Origin: Alphaproteobacteria bacterium
GTDB taxonomy: Bacteria; Pseudomonadota; Alphaproteobacteria; UBA2966
Assembly: GCA_963663355.2 (NCBI GenBank)
Contig: CAXXKS010000001.1
Location: forward strand, 2,707,799-2,771,798
Direction of reading: 5' to 3'
Length of the DNA: 64,000 bases
Each line of letters starts with the position of its first letter. Positions within the stretch are counted from its first letter, which is position 1. The translations under genes were made by a program, and so were the position numbers. Positions 55,594 through 64,000 of this stretch are shown one piece after another. The notes beneath the pieces are model-generated. The model saw only the letters and a program-made list of their open reading frames with translations, ran no database searches and had not been told where the DNA came from.

Positions 55594-56205
55594 CTATTCG
55601 GCAGGTTTGGCTTTCTTCCGAAGCGCGGCGATCAGGGTCTCGAGACCCCCGCCGCCGCGCCGGATCACCGACACGAATTCGTCCCGTTGCGTGGCCGCCA
55701 TGCTCACGCCCTCGACGATCACATCGACGATCCTGTGGTCGCCGTTCCTGGTCCGCACGCGCCAGTCGACACGGACCGCCGGTCCGTCCGGCGTGTCGAT
55801 CCGGCTCGACACGATCGTGTCGCGCGCGCTGGCCTGGCGCTCTCCGTCCACCGTCAGCGTCTCGCCCGAATACTGCCGGAACCGGCGGGCATAGGTGGCG
55901 ACGATGAAATCCGCGAACAGCGGCTGGTACTCCTTTCGCTGTTCCTCGGTCGCCCGCCGCCAATAGGGGCCCACGACGAAGCGGCTGAGCGCAGCGACGT
56001 CGAAACTCTTTCGGAAGAGCCGCTCGAACTTCTCGGACCGGGCCTCCTCGGAGACGTCCTGCCTGGCGATCGCCGCGACCGTTTCCTTGCCGAGGGACTC
56101 GATGAACCGCCCGGGGCCTGACATCTCGGCGGATGCCGGCGGGACGCTCAGCAGCACGAACAGCGCAAGGGCCGATGCGACGGGGCCGGGACGACGCGCG
56201 GACAC
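55594..56205 (-). CDS. mlaC: Phospholipid-binding protein, MlaC/Ttg2D family
   Basis: Signal peptide, FD...SRFV.G..WR, V.W.V, IVDV.VEGVSM..TQR.EF; start uncertain. Confidence 0.88.
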   Translation of the reverse strand: MSARRPGPVASALALFVLLSVPPASAEMSGPGRFIESLGKETVAAIARQDVSEEARSEKFERLFRKSFDVAALSRFVVGPYWRRATEEQRKEYQPLFADFIVATYARRFRQYSGETLTVDGERQASARDTIVSSRIDTPDGPAVRVDWRVRTRNGDHRIVDVIVEGVSMAATQRDEFVSVIRRGGGGLETLIAALRKKAKPAE

Positions 56206-56218
56206 AGCTCGAAAAGGG

Positions 56219-57031
56219 CTAGTCGACCGCGGCCGAGACCCGGTCGGTCTCCGGCTTCTCGTCTTCGTCCCACGAAATGTCCGGCATGGCCTCCGATCGG
56301 GGAAGCCTGCCGTTGTGGATCTCGGCGTTGCGGCGTTGCCGGTACAGGCTGCGCACCGAGGCATAGAAGTCGATGGCGCCGCGCTCGACCTCGTCGAGGG
56401 TCTCGATGTTGCGGGAGCGGGTGTCCACGGCCGTCACGCCGTTCTGAATCCAGGGGACGGCGTGGCGTCCCGTATCCCGCGCATACCAGACCAGGGGATC
56501 CATGAGCATGTCGCCGGCCAGGCCCGCGGTGTCCCGGACCGATGACGGCCCGAGCAACGGCAGCACGAGATAGGGTCCCTCGTTCACGCCCCATGCGGCC
56601 AGCGTCTGGCCGAAATCCTCGTCGTGGAACTCGATCCCGGTGACGTCGAACAGGCCGCCGAGCCCGATGATGGTGTTCGCCATCAGGCGGCTGCCGGTCT
56701 CGCCGGCGCGGTTCATTTCCCCTTGCAATACATCGTTCACCAATATCACCGGCGATCTCAGGTTGTTGAGGAAGTTCCTCACCATCTCCCGGCCGAAGCC
56801 GGGCACGACGCCACGATAGACCTGGGCCGCCGGTTTGAACAGCACCCGGTCGACCCCCCGGTTGAATTCGAACACGGCCCGGTTGACCGGCTCCAGGGGA
56901 TCGTTGACCGCCGCGAGTTCGGCGCGCGCCTCCGGATCGTCGCCCGGCGGCGTCGCGCAGGCCGCCAGGACCACGCTTGCGGCAAGCATGGCGCCCAAGG
57001 TCCTGATCATGGAGACGTGGGTCAAGGCCAT
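56219..57031 (-). CDS. mlaA: VacJ/MlaA lipoprotein
   Basis: Lipobox LAAC, NDPLE..NR..F.FN, EDFGQTL..WG, GPYLVLP.LGPS..RD. Confidence 0.93.
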   Translation of the reverse strand: MALTHVSMIRTLGAMLAASVVLAACATPPGDDPEARAELAAVNDPLEPVNRAVFEFNRGVDRVLFKPAAQVYRGVVPGFGREMVRNFLNNLRSPVILVNDVLQGEMNRAGETGSRLMANTIIGLGGLFDVTGIEFHDEDFGQTLAAWGVNEGPYLVLPLLGPSSVRDTAGLAGDMLMDPLVWYARDTGRHAVPWIQNGVTAVDTRSRNIETLDEVERGAIDFYASVRSLYRQRRNAEIHNGRLPRSEAMPDISWDEDEKPETDRVSAAVD

Positions 57032-57149
57032 GACAGTGCGTTTTGCCGCCCATCCGTGGAAGTCCGCCTGTCGGCGTTCCGATCCGTCCCCGTTTCGGTG
57101 CGCCGATGCCGCGAAGCTCTCCTCCCCCGCGCAAGGCGGAAGAACATAG

Positions 57150-57171
57150 TGGATTCCCGCCTTCGCGGGAA
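57150..57171. repeat. REP-like palindrome
   Basis: TGGATTCCCGCCTTCGCGGGAA, identical to 59895-59916. Confidence 0.7.
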
Positions 57172-57291
57172 CAACAAAAGGCTCGATTCGTGAAGCGTAT
57201 GCATCGACTGGCCACGGCGGCGGGGAGGTCGAGGCGGAGGGCCGGGACCTGACCGCCGGGCTTTTCCGCCCCGGCCCTGCGGGGTTTACTC

Positions 57292-58452
57292 TCAGCCCGG
57301 CAGGTCTCCCACCCCTTCCCGGGTCTCCGCGAGCGCCAGATCGACCACGCGCCGCAACGCCTCCTCGTCGGTGTCGCCTTCCAGGCGGCGCAGGCGGAAA
57401 AGGTCGAGCTGGCGGTCCGCGCCGGTCCCGTTCAGGACAATGGCCGGCGCCCGGTGCAGTTCGTCTTCGCACCCCAGCGCGCGGGCGTCGGGCGCGAGCT
57501 CGTCCACGAGCCCGGACACGCGGTCGTGGATATCCATGCGCCCGCCGCCGGATGCCGTGTCGCCGAACATGGCGAACACGCCGTAGCGCTGGGCCATCCA
57601 GCGGTCCTCCGCGATGAGCTCGGTGAGCGGCTCTTCCGGCAGGACGCCGTCGCGGGCCTGGCGCGTCAGCCGCCGGATGAGGGACGCGTAGAGTGCCGCG
57701 ATGCTGACCGCTTCGTCGAGGCGCGTACAGATGTCGCAAATCCGCATCTCCACCGTCGGATAGGCGTGGGACGGGCGGATGTCCCACCACAACTCGCTCC
57801 CGTTCTCGATGAAATTCGCCCGCCGGTATTCGGCCACGAGGCGGTCGTACTCCGCCCACGACCCCAACGGATTGGGCATGCCCGTGCGCGGGAGGTTGCC
57901 CATGAGGTTCAGCCGGAAGGACTTGAACCCGGTCTCGCGGCCGGACACGAACGGCGACGAGGTGGAGAGCGCATGAAGCAGCGGCAGGTGGCGCCGGATC
58001 GCGGTCATGACGCGTATGCGGGTGTCCGGGTCGCCGAAACCGGCGTGGATGTGCATGCCGCCGACGACGAGGCGGCGCACGGCCTCCTGGTACGTGGCCG
58101 CGAACCGCGTGTAGCGGTCCTTCTGCGTCGGAGCCTGCTCCACCCAGACCGCGAAGGGATGGGTCGAGGCGGCCATCACGGCGGCGCCGTGCCGCTCGGC
58201 CGCCCCGATGACGAGCCGCCGGGTCTCCCGCAGCGCCGTGCGCAGCTCGCCGACCGAGCCGCACACCCGGGTGTTGGTCTCGATCTGGGAGCGCAGGAAC
58301 TCCCGCACGACCTTGTGCGGTCCGCGGTTCTCGTCGCAGGCCTCGAAGATGCCCGGATCCGGATCGGCGAGAAGGTCGCGGGACTCTGGGTCGATGAGAA
58401 AGAACTCCTCCTCGACACCGAGCGTGATCTCGGACGAAGGTCCGTCGTTCAT
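57292..58452 (-). CDS. Carboxylate-amine ligase (YbdK/GCS2 family)
   Basis: TLGVEEE, QIE, STHPF, GMHIH, ALS.SSPF, LWWDIRP, EMRICD. Confidence 0.92.
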   Translation of the reverse strand: MNDGPSSEITLGVEEEFFLIDPESRDLLADPDPGIFEACDENRGPHKVVREFLRSQIETNTRVCGSVGELRTALRETRRLVIGAAERHGAAVMAASTHPFAVWVEQAPTQKDRYTRFAATYQEAVRRLVVGGMHIHAGFGDPDTRIRVMTAIRRHLPLLHALSTSSPFVSGRETGFKSFRLNLMGNLPRTGMPNPLGSWAEYDRLVAEYRRANFIENGSELWWDIRPSHAYPTVEMRICDICTRLDEAVSIAALYASLIRRLTRQARDGVLPEEPLTELIAEDRWMAQRYGVFAMFGDTASGGGRMDIHDRVSGLVDELAPDARALGCEDELHRAPAIVLNGTGADRQLDLFRLRRLEGDTDEEALRRVVDLALAETREGVGDLPG

Positions 58453-58636
58453 GTCCGCCGACTCCCCCGGCCGCTTGCGAACCCGAACCATACACGGCGG
58501 CCCCGGGAGGCGGAAGCGCGACGCCCGCGGTTCCGCCGCCCGCGGTTCCGCCGCCCCGCGCCATGGGCTAGAATTTTCGCCGCTTCACGCGCTCGAAAGG
58601 CGCGAGGCGCGTCATTATCCAGGGGAGGACTCCGAG

Positions 58637-59809
58637 ATGTTCCGACAGCTCACGGGAGCCGCGGCCCTCGCGGCACTGCTGGCGAGCCCCGCCGCCGCGG
58701 CCGACACGGTGAAGATCGGCTTCGTCACCACGCTGACCACGGGCGCCGGCGTCATCGGCCGCGACATGCGCGATGCGGTCGACCTCGGCCTCGACCACAT
58801 CGGTCGCAAGATGGCCGGCCTCGACGTCGAGGTGATCTACGAGGACGACGGCTCCAAGCCGGAGATCGGCAAGCAGAAGACCGAGAAGCTGGTCCAGAAG
58901 GACAAGGTGGACTTCGTCGCGGGCTACATCTGGAGCCACGTGCTGCTCGCCTCCCACAAGACCGCGGTCGACGCCGGTACGTTCCTGATCAGCTCCAACG
59001 CCGGCCCCTCGCAGCTCGCCGGCAAGCTCTGCAACGAGAACTTCTTCTCGACCTCGTGGCAGAACGACCAGACGCCCATGGCCATGGGCGAGGTGCTGAA
59101 CCAGCGCGGCATCGGGTCGCTCTACGTCATGTCGCCCAACTACGCCGCCGGCAAGGACATGGTGGCGGGCGTCGAGCGCACCTACAAGGGCGAGATCGTC
59201 GCCAAGGACCTGACCAAGTTCCCCCACCAGCTCGACTTCTCGGCCGAGCTGGCCAAGGTCCGCGCGGCCAAGCCGGACGCGCTCTTCGTCTTCTACCCCG
59301 GCAAACACGGCACGCAGTTCGTCAAGCAGTACCAGCAGTCGGGCCTCAAGGGGACAGTGCCGCTCTACTCGGTGTTCACGGTGGACTCCATGAACCTGCC
59401 GCTTCTCAAGGACCAGGCCGAGGGCAGCCTGATGACCCAGTTCTGGGCGCCGGACCTCGACACCCCGGCCAACGCGCGGTTCGTCTCCGGGTATCGCGAG
59501 AAGTACGGGCGCTACCCCTCCTTCTACGCGGCCCAGAGCTACGACACGGTGTTCCTGATCAAGAGCGCCGTCGAGGCCGTCGGGGGCGACCTGAACGACC
59601 GCGACGGCATGCGCGCCGCCATGCGCAAGGCCGACTTCGAGTCGGTGCGGGGCCCGTTCGAGTACGGCAACAACCACTTCCCGATCCAGAACTTCTACCT
59701 GCGCGAGGTGGTGAAGGACGCGGACGGCAACTTCACGACCACGATCGTCGCGACGGTCCTGGAGAACCACCAGGACACCTACGCCAGGGACTGCAAGATG
59801 TCCTGGTAG
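58637..59809 (+). CDS. ABC transporter substrate-binding protein (HAAT family, aromatic-acid-binding type)
   Basis: Signal peptide, G.IWS.VL, ISSNAGPS..AG..C, SWQNDQ, PNYAAGKD, RGPF...NHFP.Q. Confidence 0.88.
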   Translation: MFRQLTGAAALAALLASPAAAADTVKIGFVTTLTTGAGVIGRDMRDAVDLGLDHIGRKMAGLDVEVIYEDDGSKPEIGKQKTEKLVQKDKVDFVAGYIWSHVLLASHKTAVDAGTFLISSNAGPSQLAGKLCNENFFSTSWQNDQTPMAMGEVLNQRGIGSLYVMSPNYAAGKDMVAGVERTYKGEIVAKDLTKFPHQLDFSAELAKVRAAKPDALFVFYPGKHGTQFVKQYQQSGLKGTVPLYSVFTVDSMNLPLLKDQAEGSLMTQFWAPDLDTPANARFVSGYREKYGRYPSFYAAQSYDTVFLIKSAVEAVGGDLNDRDGMRAAMRKADFESVRGPFEYGNNHFPIQNFYLREVVKDADGNFTTTIVATVLENHQDTYARDCKMSW

Positions 59810-59837
59810 GGCGGGAAAAAAAGAAAAACGCCCCGAC

Positions 59838-59920
59838 CCCGACCTCCCCCTTCCGGGGGAGGTCGGGAGGGATGAGGCCGCCCCGGCGTCCGTATGGATT
59901 CCCGCCTTCGCGGGAATGAC
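59838..59920. repeat. Perfect 13-bp stem-loop plus REP-like palindrome between the binding-protein and permease genes
   Basis: CCCGACCTCCCCC-TTCC-GGGGGAGGTCGGG (59838-59867) and TGGATTCCCGCCTTCGCGGGAATGAC (59895-59920). Confidence 0.7.
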
Positions 59921-59981
59921 AAAAAACAGCGCGTGGGCGGGGCGTTGGCCGCGTCCGGCGAGGCCGTGCCATAGTCCCTCC

Positions 59982-60905
59982 ATGGACTGGATCCTCCTCC
60001 TCGAGCAGTGCCTGAACGGGCTCCAGCTCGGCATCCTGCTGTTCCTGCTGGCGGCCGGGCTGACGCTGGTGTTCGGCATCATGGACCTGGTCAACCTGGC
60101 CCACGGCTCGCTCTACATGATGGGCGCGTACTTCGCGACCACCTTCGCGGGCTGGACGGACTCGTTCGTGCTCGGCGCCCTGCTCGCGCTGCCCGCGGCG
60201 CTGCTGCTCGGAATCGCCGTCGAGGTCGTGGCCCTGCGCACCCTCTACTCCCGGGACCACCTCGACCAGGTCCTCGCCACCTTCGGGCTCATCCTCTTCT
60301 TCAACGAGCTCGCGCGCATCGTCTGGGGCCCGGCGGGTCTCGACCTGCCGCTCCCGGCCTTCCTCGAGACGAGCGTCGAGCTCCTGCCCGGCGTCCCCTA
60401 CCCCGCCTACCGCATCGCCATCATCGTCACCGGGCTCGTCGTCGCCGGCGGCCTCTACGCGCTGGTGAGCCGCACGCGCGTGGGCATGCTGATCCGCGCC
60501 GGCGCCTCCGACCGGAAGATGGTCGGCGCGCTCGGCGTCGACATCCAGCTCCTCTACACCCTCGTGTTCGGCCTCGGCACCGTGCTCGCGGCACTGGCCG
60601 GCCTGATGGCGGCGCCCATACTGACCGTGCAGATCGGCATGGGCGAGACCATCCTGATCCTGGCCTTCGTGGTCATCGTCATCGGCGGCATCGGCTCGAT
60701 CCGCGGTGCCTTCGTCGCCGCCGTCCTGGTCGGCCTGATCGACACCGTCGGGCGCGCCTTCCTCGCCGACGTCCTGCGCCTCTTTCTCGCGAACCAGACG
60801 GCCGAGACGGCCGGGCCGGCCCTGTCGTCGATGCTGATCTACATCCTCATGGCGGCCGTGCTGGCGATCCGCCCCCAGGGCCTGTTCCCGCCGCGGGGGC
60901 GCTGA
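59982..60905 (+). CDS. Branched-chain amino acid-type ABC permease (LivH-like)
   Basis: GLTLVFGIM..VNLAHG, FVVIVIGG.GS, RPQGLF. Confidence 0.92.
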   Translation: MDWILLLEQCLNGLQLGILLFLLAAGLTLVFGIMDLVNLAHGSLYMMGAYFATTFAGWTDSFVLGALLALPAALLLGIAVEVVALRTLYSRDHLDQVLATFGLILFFNELARIVWGPAGLDLPLPAFLETSVELLPGVPYPAYRIAIIVTGLVVAGGLYALVSRTRVGMLIRAGASDRKMVGALGVDIQLLYTLVFGLGTVLAALAGLMAAPILTVQIGMGETILILAFVVIVIGGIGSIRGAFVAAVLVGLIDTVGRAFLADVLRLFLANQTAETAGPALSSMLIYILMAAVLAIRPQGLFPPRGR

Positions 60906-60908
60906 GCC

Positions 60909-61877
60909 GTGCGCGTCCCGGCCGGTACGGTCCTGGCCGCCGGAACGATAGCGGCCCTCGCCGTCGTGCCGCCGGTCGCCAACGCCCTGGAGGAGCCCTT
61001 CTACCTCGGCCTCGTCCTCCGGCTGATGATCCTCGCCATCGCCGCCGTCAGCCTCAACCTCATCCTCGGCTTCGGCAACATGGTGAGCTTCAGCCACGCC
61101 GCCTACATGGGCATCGGCGCCTACGTGGTCGGCATCGGCACCTTCCACGCCGTCGAGGACGGCATCGGCTGGCTGGCCAGCGGCTTCCTGCACGTGCCGC
61201 TGGCCGTCGCCGCCTCGGCGCTGGCGGCGCTGCTCATCGGCGCCGTCAGCATCCGCACCCGCGGCGTCTACTTCATCATGATCACCCTGGCCTTCGGGCA
61301 GATGCTCTACTTCGTCGGCGTCGGGCTGGAGGCCTACGGCGCCGACGACGGCCTCTCCCTCTACACGCGGAGCGAGTTCGGCGGCGTCCTCGACATCGGC
61401 GACAACACCCAGTTCTACTACCTCGTCCTCGCCCTGCTGCTCGCCGTCCTCTACGGGACGAAGCGCCTGGTCTCCTCGCGCTTCGGCCTGGTGATCCGGG
61501 GCGCCCGGTCCAACGAGCGCCGCCTCGCCGCCATCGGCGTCCCGGTCTACCGCTACAAGCTCGCGGCCTTCACGCTGGCCGGCGCGATCTGCGGGGTGGC
61601 CGGCGTGCTGCTCGCCAACCGCACGGACTTCGTGAGCCCCGACATGATGCACTGGACCCGCTCCGGCGACCTCATCATCATGGTGGTGCTGGGCGGCATG
61701 GGCACCCTGTTCGGCCCCCTCTACGGCGCCGCCGCCTTCTTGCTCGTCGAGGAGTTCCTCTCGGATGTCACCGAGCACTGGCAGATCGTCTTCGGTCCCC
61801 TGCTGATCCTGGTGGTGATCTACGCCCGGGGCGGCATCGCCGGCGCCGTGCGCGCCCTGGAACGCCGCCGTGAGTGA
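60909..61877 (+). CDS. Branched-chain amino acid-type ABC permease (LivM-like)
   Basis: VSFSHAAY.G.G.Y, GVYFIMITLAF.Q, VLGG.GT..GP. Confidence 0.92.
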   Translation: MRVPAGTVLAAGTIAALAVVPPVANALEEPFYLGLVLRLMILAIAAVSLNLILGFGNMVSFSHAAYMGIGAYVVGIGTFHAVEDGIGWLASGFLHVPLAVAASALAALLIGAVSIRTRGVYFIMITLAFGQMLYFVGVGLEAYGADDGLSLYTRSEFGGVLDIGDNTQFYYLVLALLLAVLYGTKRLVSSRFGLVIRGARSNERRLAAIGVPVYRYKLAAFTLAGAICGVAGVLLANRTDFVSPDMMHWTRSGDLIIMVVLGGMGTLFGPLYGAAAFLLVEEFLSDVTEHWQIVFGPLLILVVIYARGGIAGAVRALERRRE

Positions 61878-62622
61878 GCCGATCCTGCGGCTGCGGGACC
61901 TGACCAGGCGCTTCGGCGGCCTGACCGCCACCGAGTCCGTTACCCTCGACGTGGCCGAGGGCGAGATCCACGCCGTCATCGGCCCGAACGGCGCCGGCAA
62001 GACCACGCTGGTCGGCCAGATCGGCGGCGAGATCCGCTCCGACCGGGGCCAGATCTTCTTCGCCGGCCGGCCGATCACCCGCAGTCCGGTCCACGTCCGC
62101 GCCCGCCTCGGCATCGCGCGGTCGTTCCAGATCACCAGCGTCTTCGCCGACTTCACGGTGGCGGCCAACGTGGCCCTCGCCGTCCAGGCCCGCGCCGGCC
62201 ACTCCTTCCGCTTCTGGAAGGACGCGACGCGCGACGCCGCGCTGCTCGCGCCCGCCGCCGAATACCTCGCCCTCGCCGGCCTGACCGGCCGGGCCGGCGA
62301 CGTGGCCGCGACGCTCAGCCACGGCGAGCACCGCCAGCTCGAGCTCGCCATGGCGCTGGCCACGGAGCCCCGGCTGCTGCTGCTCGACGAGCCCACCGCC
62401 GGCATGGGGGGCGAGGAGTCCGCCCGCATGGTGGAGCTGCTGCGGGGCTTCAAGGGCCGCGTCACGATCCTGCTCGTCGAGCACGACATGGGCGCGGTCT
62501 TCGCCCTGGCCGACCGCGTCACCGTGCTCGATTCGGGCCGCATCCTGGCCAGCGGCCCCCCGGACGAGATCCGCGCCGACGCGGACGTCCGCCGGGCCTA
62601 CCTGGGAGACGCCGAGGCGTGA
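61870..62622 (+). CDS. ABC transporter ATP-binding protein (LivG-like)
   Basis: [35 protein letters not shown]. Confidence 0.92.
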   Translation: MSEPILRLRDLTRRFGGLTATESVTLDVAEGEIHAVIGPNGAGKTTLVGQIGGEIRSDRGQIFFAGRPITRSPVHVRARLGIARSFQITSVFADFTVAANVALAVQARAGHSFRFWKDATRDAALLAPAAEYLALAGLTGRAGDVAATLSHGEHRQLELAMALATEPRLLLLDEPTAGMGGEESARMVELLRGFKGRVTILLVEHDMGAVFALADRVTVLDSGRILASGPPDEIRADADVRRAYLGDAEA

Positions 62623-62722
62623 CACCTCCTCCCGGCCTCCCCCCTGTCGGGAGGAGTCCCGGTCCGGAACGTTGCCAGACGGCCGCGGCCGCCCCATAGT
62701 CGGGGCGCCGGGAGGCCGATCC

Positions 62723-63196
62723 ATGGCGAAGACGCACATCACCCTCACCCTCAACGGCGGGCGGCGGGACGACGTCGTGCCCGACAACATGCTGCTGGTC
62801 GATTACCTGCGCGAGACGGCGGGACTCACCGGCACCAAGATCGGCTGCGACGGCGGCGAGTGCGGGGCCTGCACCGTGCTCGTCGACGGCGCGCCGCGCC
62901 ACGCCTGCCTGACCCTCGCCGCGACCGTGGGGGGCCGGGACGTGGAAACCGTGGAGGTCCTCGCCCGGCGGGGCCGGCTGTCGGCGCTCCAGCGGGGCTT
63001 CCACGAGCAGTTGGGGGCGCAGTGCGGATTCTGCACGCCCGGCATGATCATGGCCGCGGAAGGGCTGCTGCGCGAGACCCCGTCGCCCTCCGACGACGAC
63101 ATCCGCCGGGGCATGGCCTCCAACATCTGCCGCTGTACCGGCTACGTGAAGATCGTCGCCGCCGTCCGGGCGGCCGCGGCGGAGCTGCGCGGTTGA
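62723..63196 (+). CDS. hcrC: 4-hydroxybenzoyl-CoA reductase gamma ([2Fe-2S]) subunit
   Basis: VPDNMLL.DYLRE, GCDGGECGAC, QCGFC, CRC; close resemblance to HcrC. Confidence 0.8.
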   Translation: MAKTHITLTLNGGRRDDVVPDNMLLVDYLRETAGLTGTKIGCDGGECGACTVLVDGAPRHACLTLAATVGGRDVETVEVLARRGRLSALQRGFHEQLGAQCGFCTPGMIMAAEGLLRETPSPSDDDIRRGMASNICRCTGYVKIVAAVRAAAAELRG

Positions 63197-64000
63197 GCGC
63201 AGCCCGCCTTGCGGCCGCCGCGGTCGGCGTGCCCACGCCCCTCGTCGACGGCCCCGACAAGGTCCGTGGGCGGGCCCTGTTCGCCGCCGACCACGGCGAC
63301 GGGGAGACGCTGACGGGCCGCGTGCTGCGGAGCCCGGTCGCCCACGCCCGCATCGCGCGGCTCGACGCCTCCCGCGCCGAGGCGCTGGCGGGCGTGCGGG
63401 CCGTCGTCACCGGCGCCGACGCCGCCGCCTCCTACGGCGTCCTGCCCATCGCCATGAACGAGTACGCGCTCGCCCGGGAGCGGGTGCGCTACCGCGGCGA
63501 GCCCGTGGCCGCGGTGGCCGCCGTCGACGCCGGGACCGCCGCCCGGGCCCTCGACCTGATCGAGGTCGAATACGAAGAGCTTCCCGCCTACTTCAGCGCC
63601 GCGGCGGCCCGCGCCGGCGATGCCCTGCGGCTCCACGACGACAAGCCCGGCAACGTCGAGCGCGAGGTCCACTTCGAGATCGGCGACATGGCCGGCGGGT
63701 TCGCCGCGGCCGATCTCGTGCGCGAGGAGACCTACCGCAATGCCGAAGTCTGCCAGGTCCAGAGCGAGCCCCACGCCGTCTTCGCCGAGTACGACGCCGA
63801 GCGCGGCCGCCTGACCGTGCGGCCGAGCACCCAGGTGCCCTACTACGTCCACCTGATGCTGGCGCGCACCATGGACATGGACCTGTCGCGCATCCGCGTC
63901 GTCAAGCCCCACATCGGCGGCGGCTTCGGCTGCCGCACCGAGACCCTGAACACCGAGCTGATCTGCGGCCTGCTGGCGCGCAAGGCGGGCGGCGCGGTGC
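63193..64000 (+). CDS. hcrA: 4-hydroxybenzoyl-CoA reductase alpha (molybdopterin) subunit, 5' part
   Basis: Manual translation: VG..TPLVDG..KV, GVLPIA.NEY.LAR..VRYRG, LHDDKP.N..REV, TQVPYYVHL, KP..GGGFG.RTE; runs off the window so absent from the ORF track. Confidence 0.82.
   Translation, partial: MSAARLAAAAVGVPTPLVDGPDKVRGRALFAADHGDGETLTGRVLRSPVAHARIARLDASRAEALAGVRAVVTGADAAASYGVLPIAMNEYALARERVRYRGEPVAAVAAVDAGTAARALDLIEVEYEELPAYFSAAAARAGDALRLHDDKPGNVEREVHFEIGDMAGGFAAADLVREETYRNAEVCQVQSEPHAVFAEYDAERGRLTVRPSTQVPYYVHLMLARTMDMDLSRIRVVKPHIGGGFGCRTETLNTELICGLLARKAGGAV

Noticed and set aside
57292-58452. GCS2-family ligase as the EgtA partner of the egtD cluster
   Set aside because: 30 kb away, YbdK-type sequence, and the Sen pathway does not need gamma-glutamylcysteine.
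58520-58560. Short tandem repeat CCCGCGGTTCCGCCG x2
   Set aside because: Only two units with no spacers; not a CRISPR or iteron array.

Overview
High-GC chromosomal segment of an alphaproteobacterium (gene order and sequences look Rhodospirillales-like; inferred, not searched). The backbone is conserved housekeeping synteny: moaE-moaD-moeA-mobB-pgsA-uvrC, folB, uvrB/aminotransferase, trxB-lysR, lrp-greA-carB-carA, yqeY-dnaG-rpoD-tRNA-Ile(CAU), ettA, mlaAC. The most notable insert is a complete selenium-metabolite cluster at about 20.9-26.7 kb: egtD, a flavoprotein-SelD fusion, a senB-type Se-glycosyltransferase and a senA-type EgtB homolog, i.e. a selenoneine pathway with unusual layout. Other accessory features: a DUF1538 pair + PII-like + CBS module; an unannotated multi-hairpin sRNA with a LysR box downstream of the LsrB/VtlR-like regulator; an AT-rich DnaA-box/IHF-site cluster upstream of uvrC; two copies of a TIR-bounded element carrying an IHF site; a GxxExxY gene between carA and carB; a lower-GC ATPase + TOPRIM-like pair after the tRNA; an orphan pckA 3' fragment; a rhodanese-type thiI; a decayed IS1380; and an aromatic-acid ABC transporter followed by 4-hydroxybenzoyl-CoA reductase genes. 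All calls come from motif recognition by eye; start codons are best estimates.
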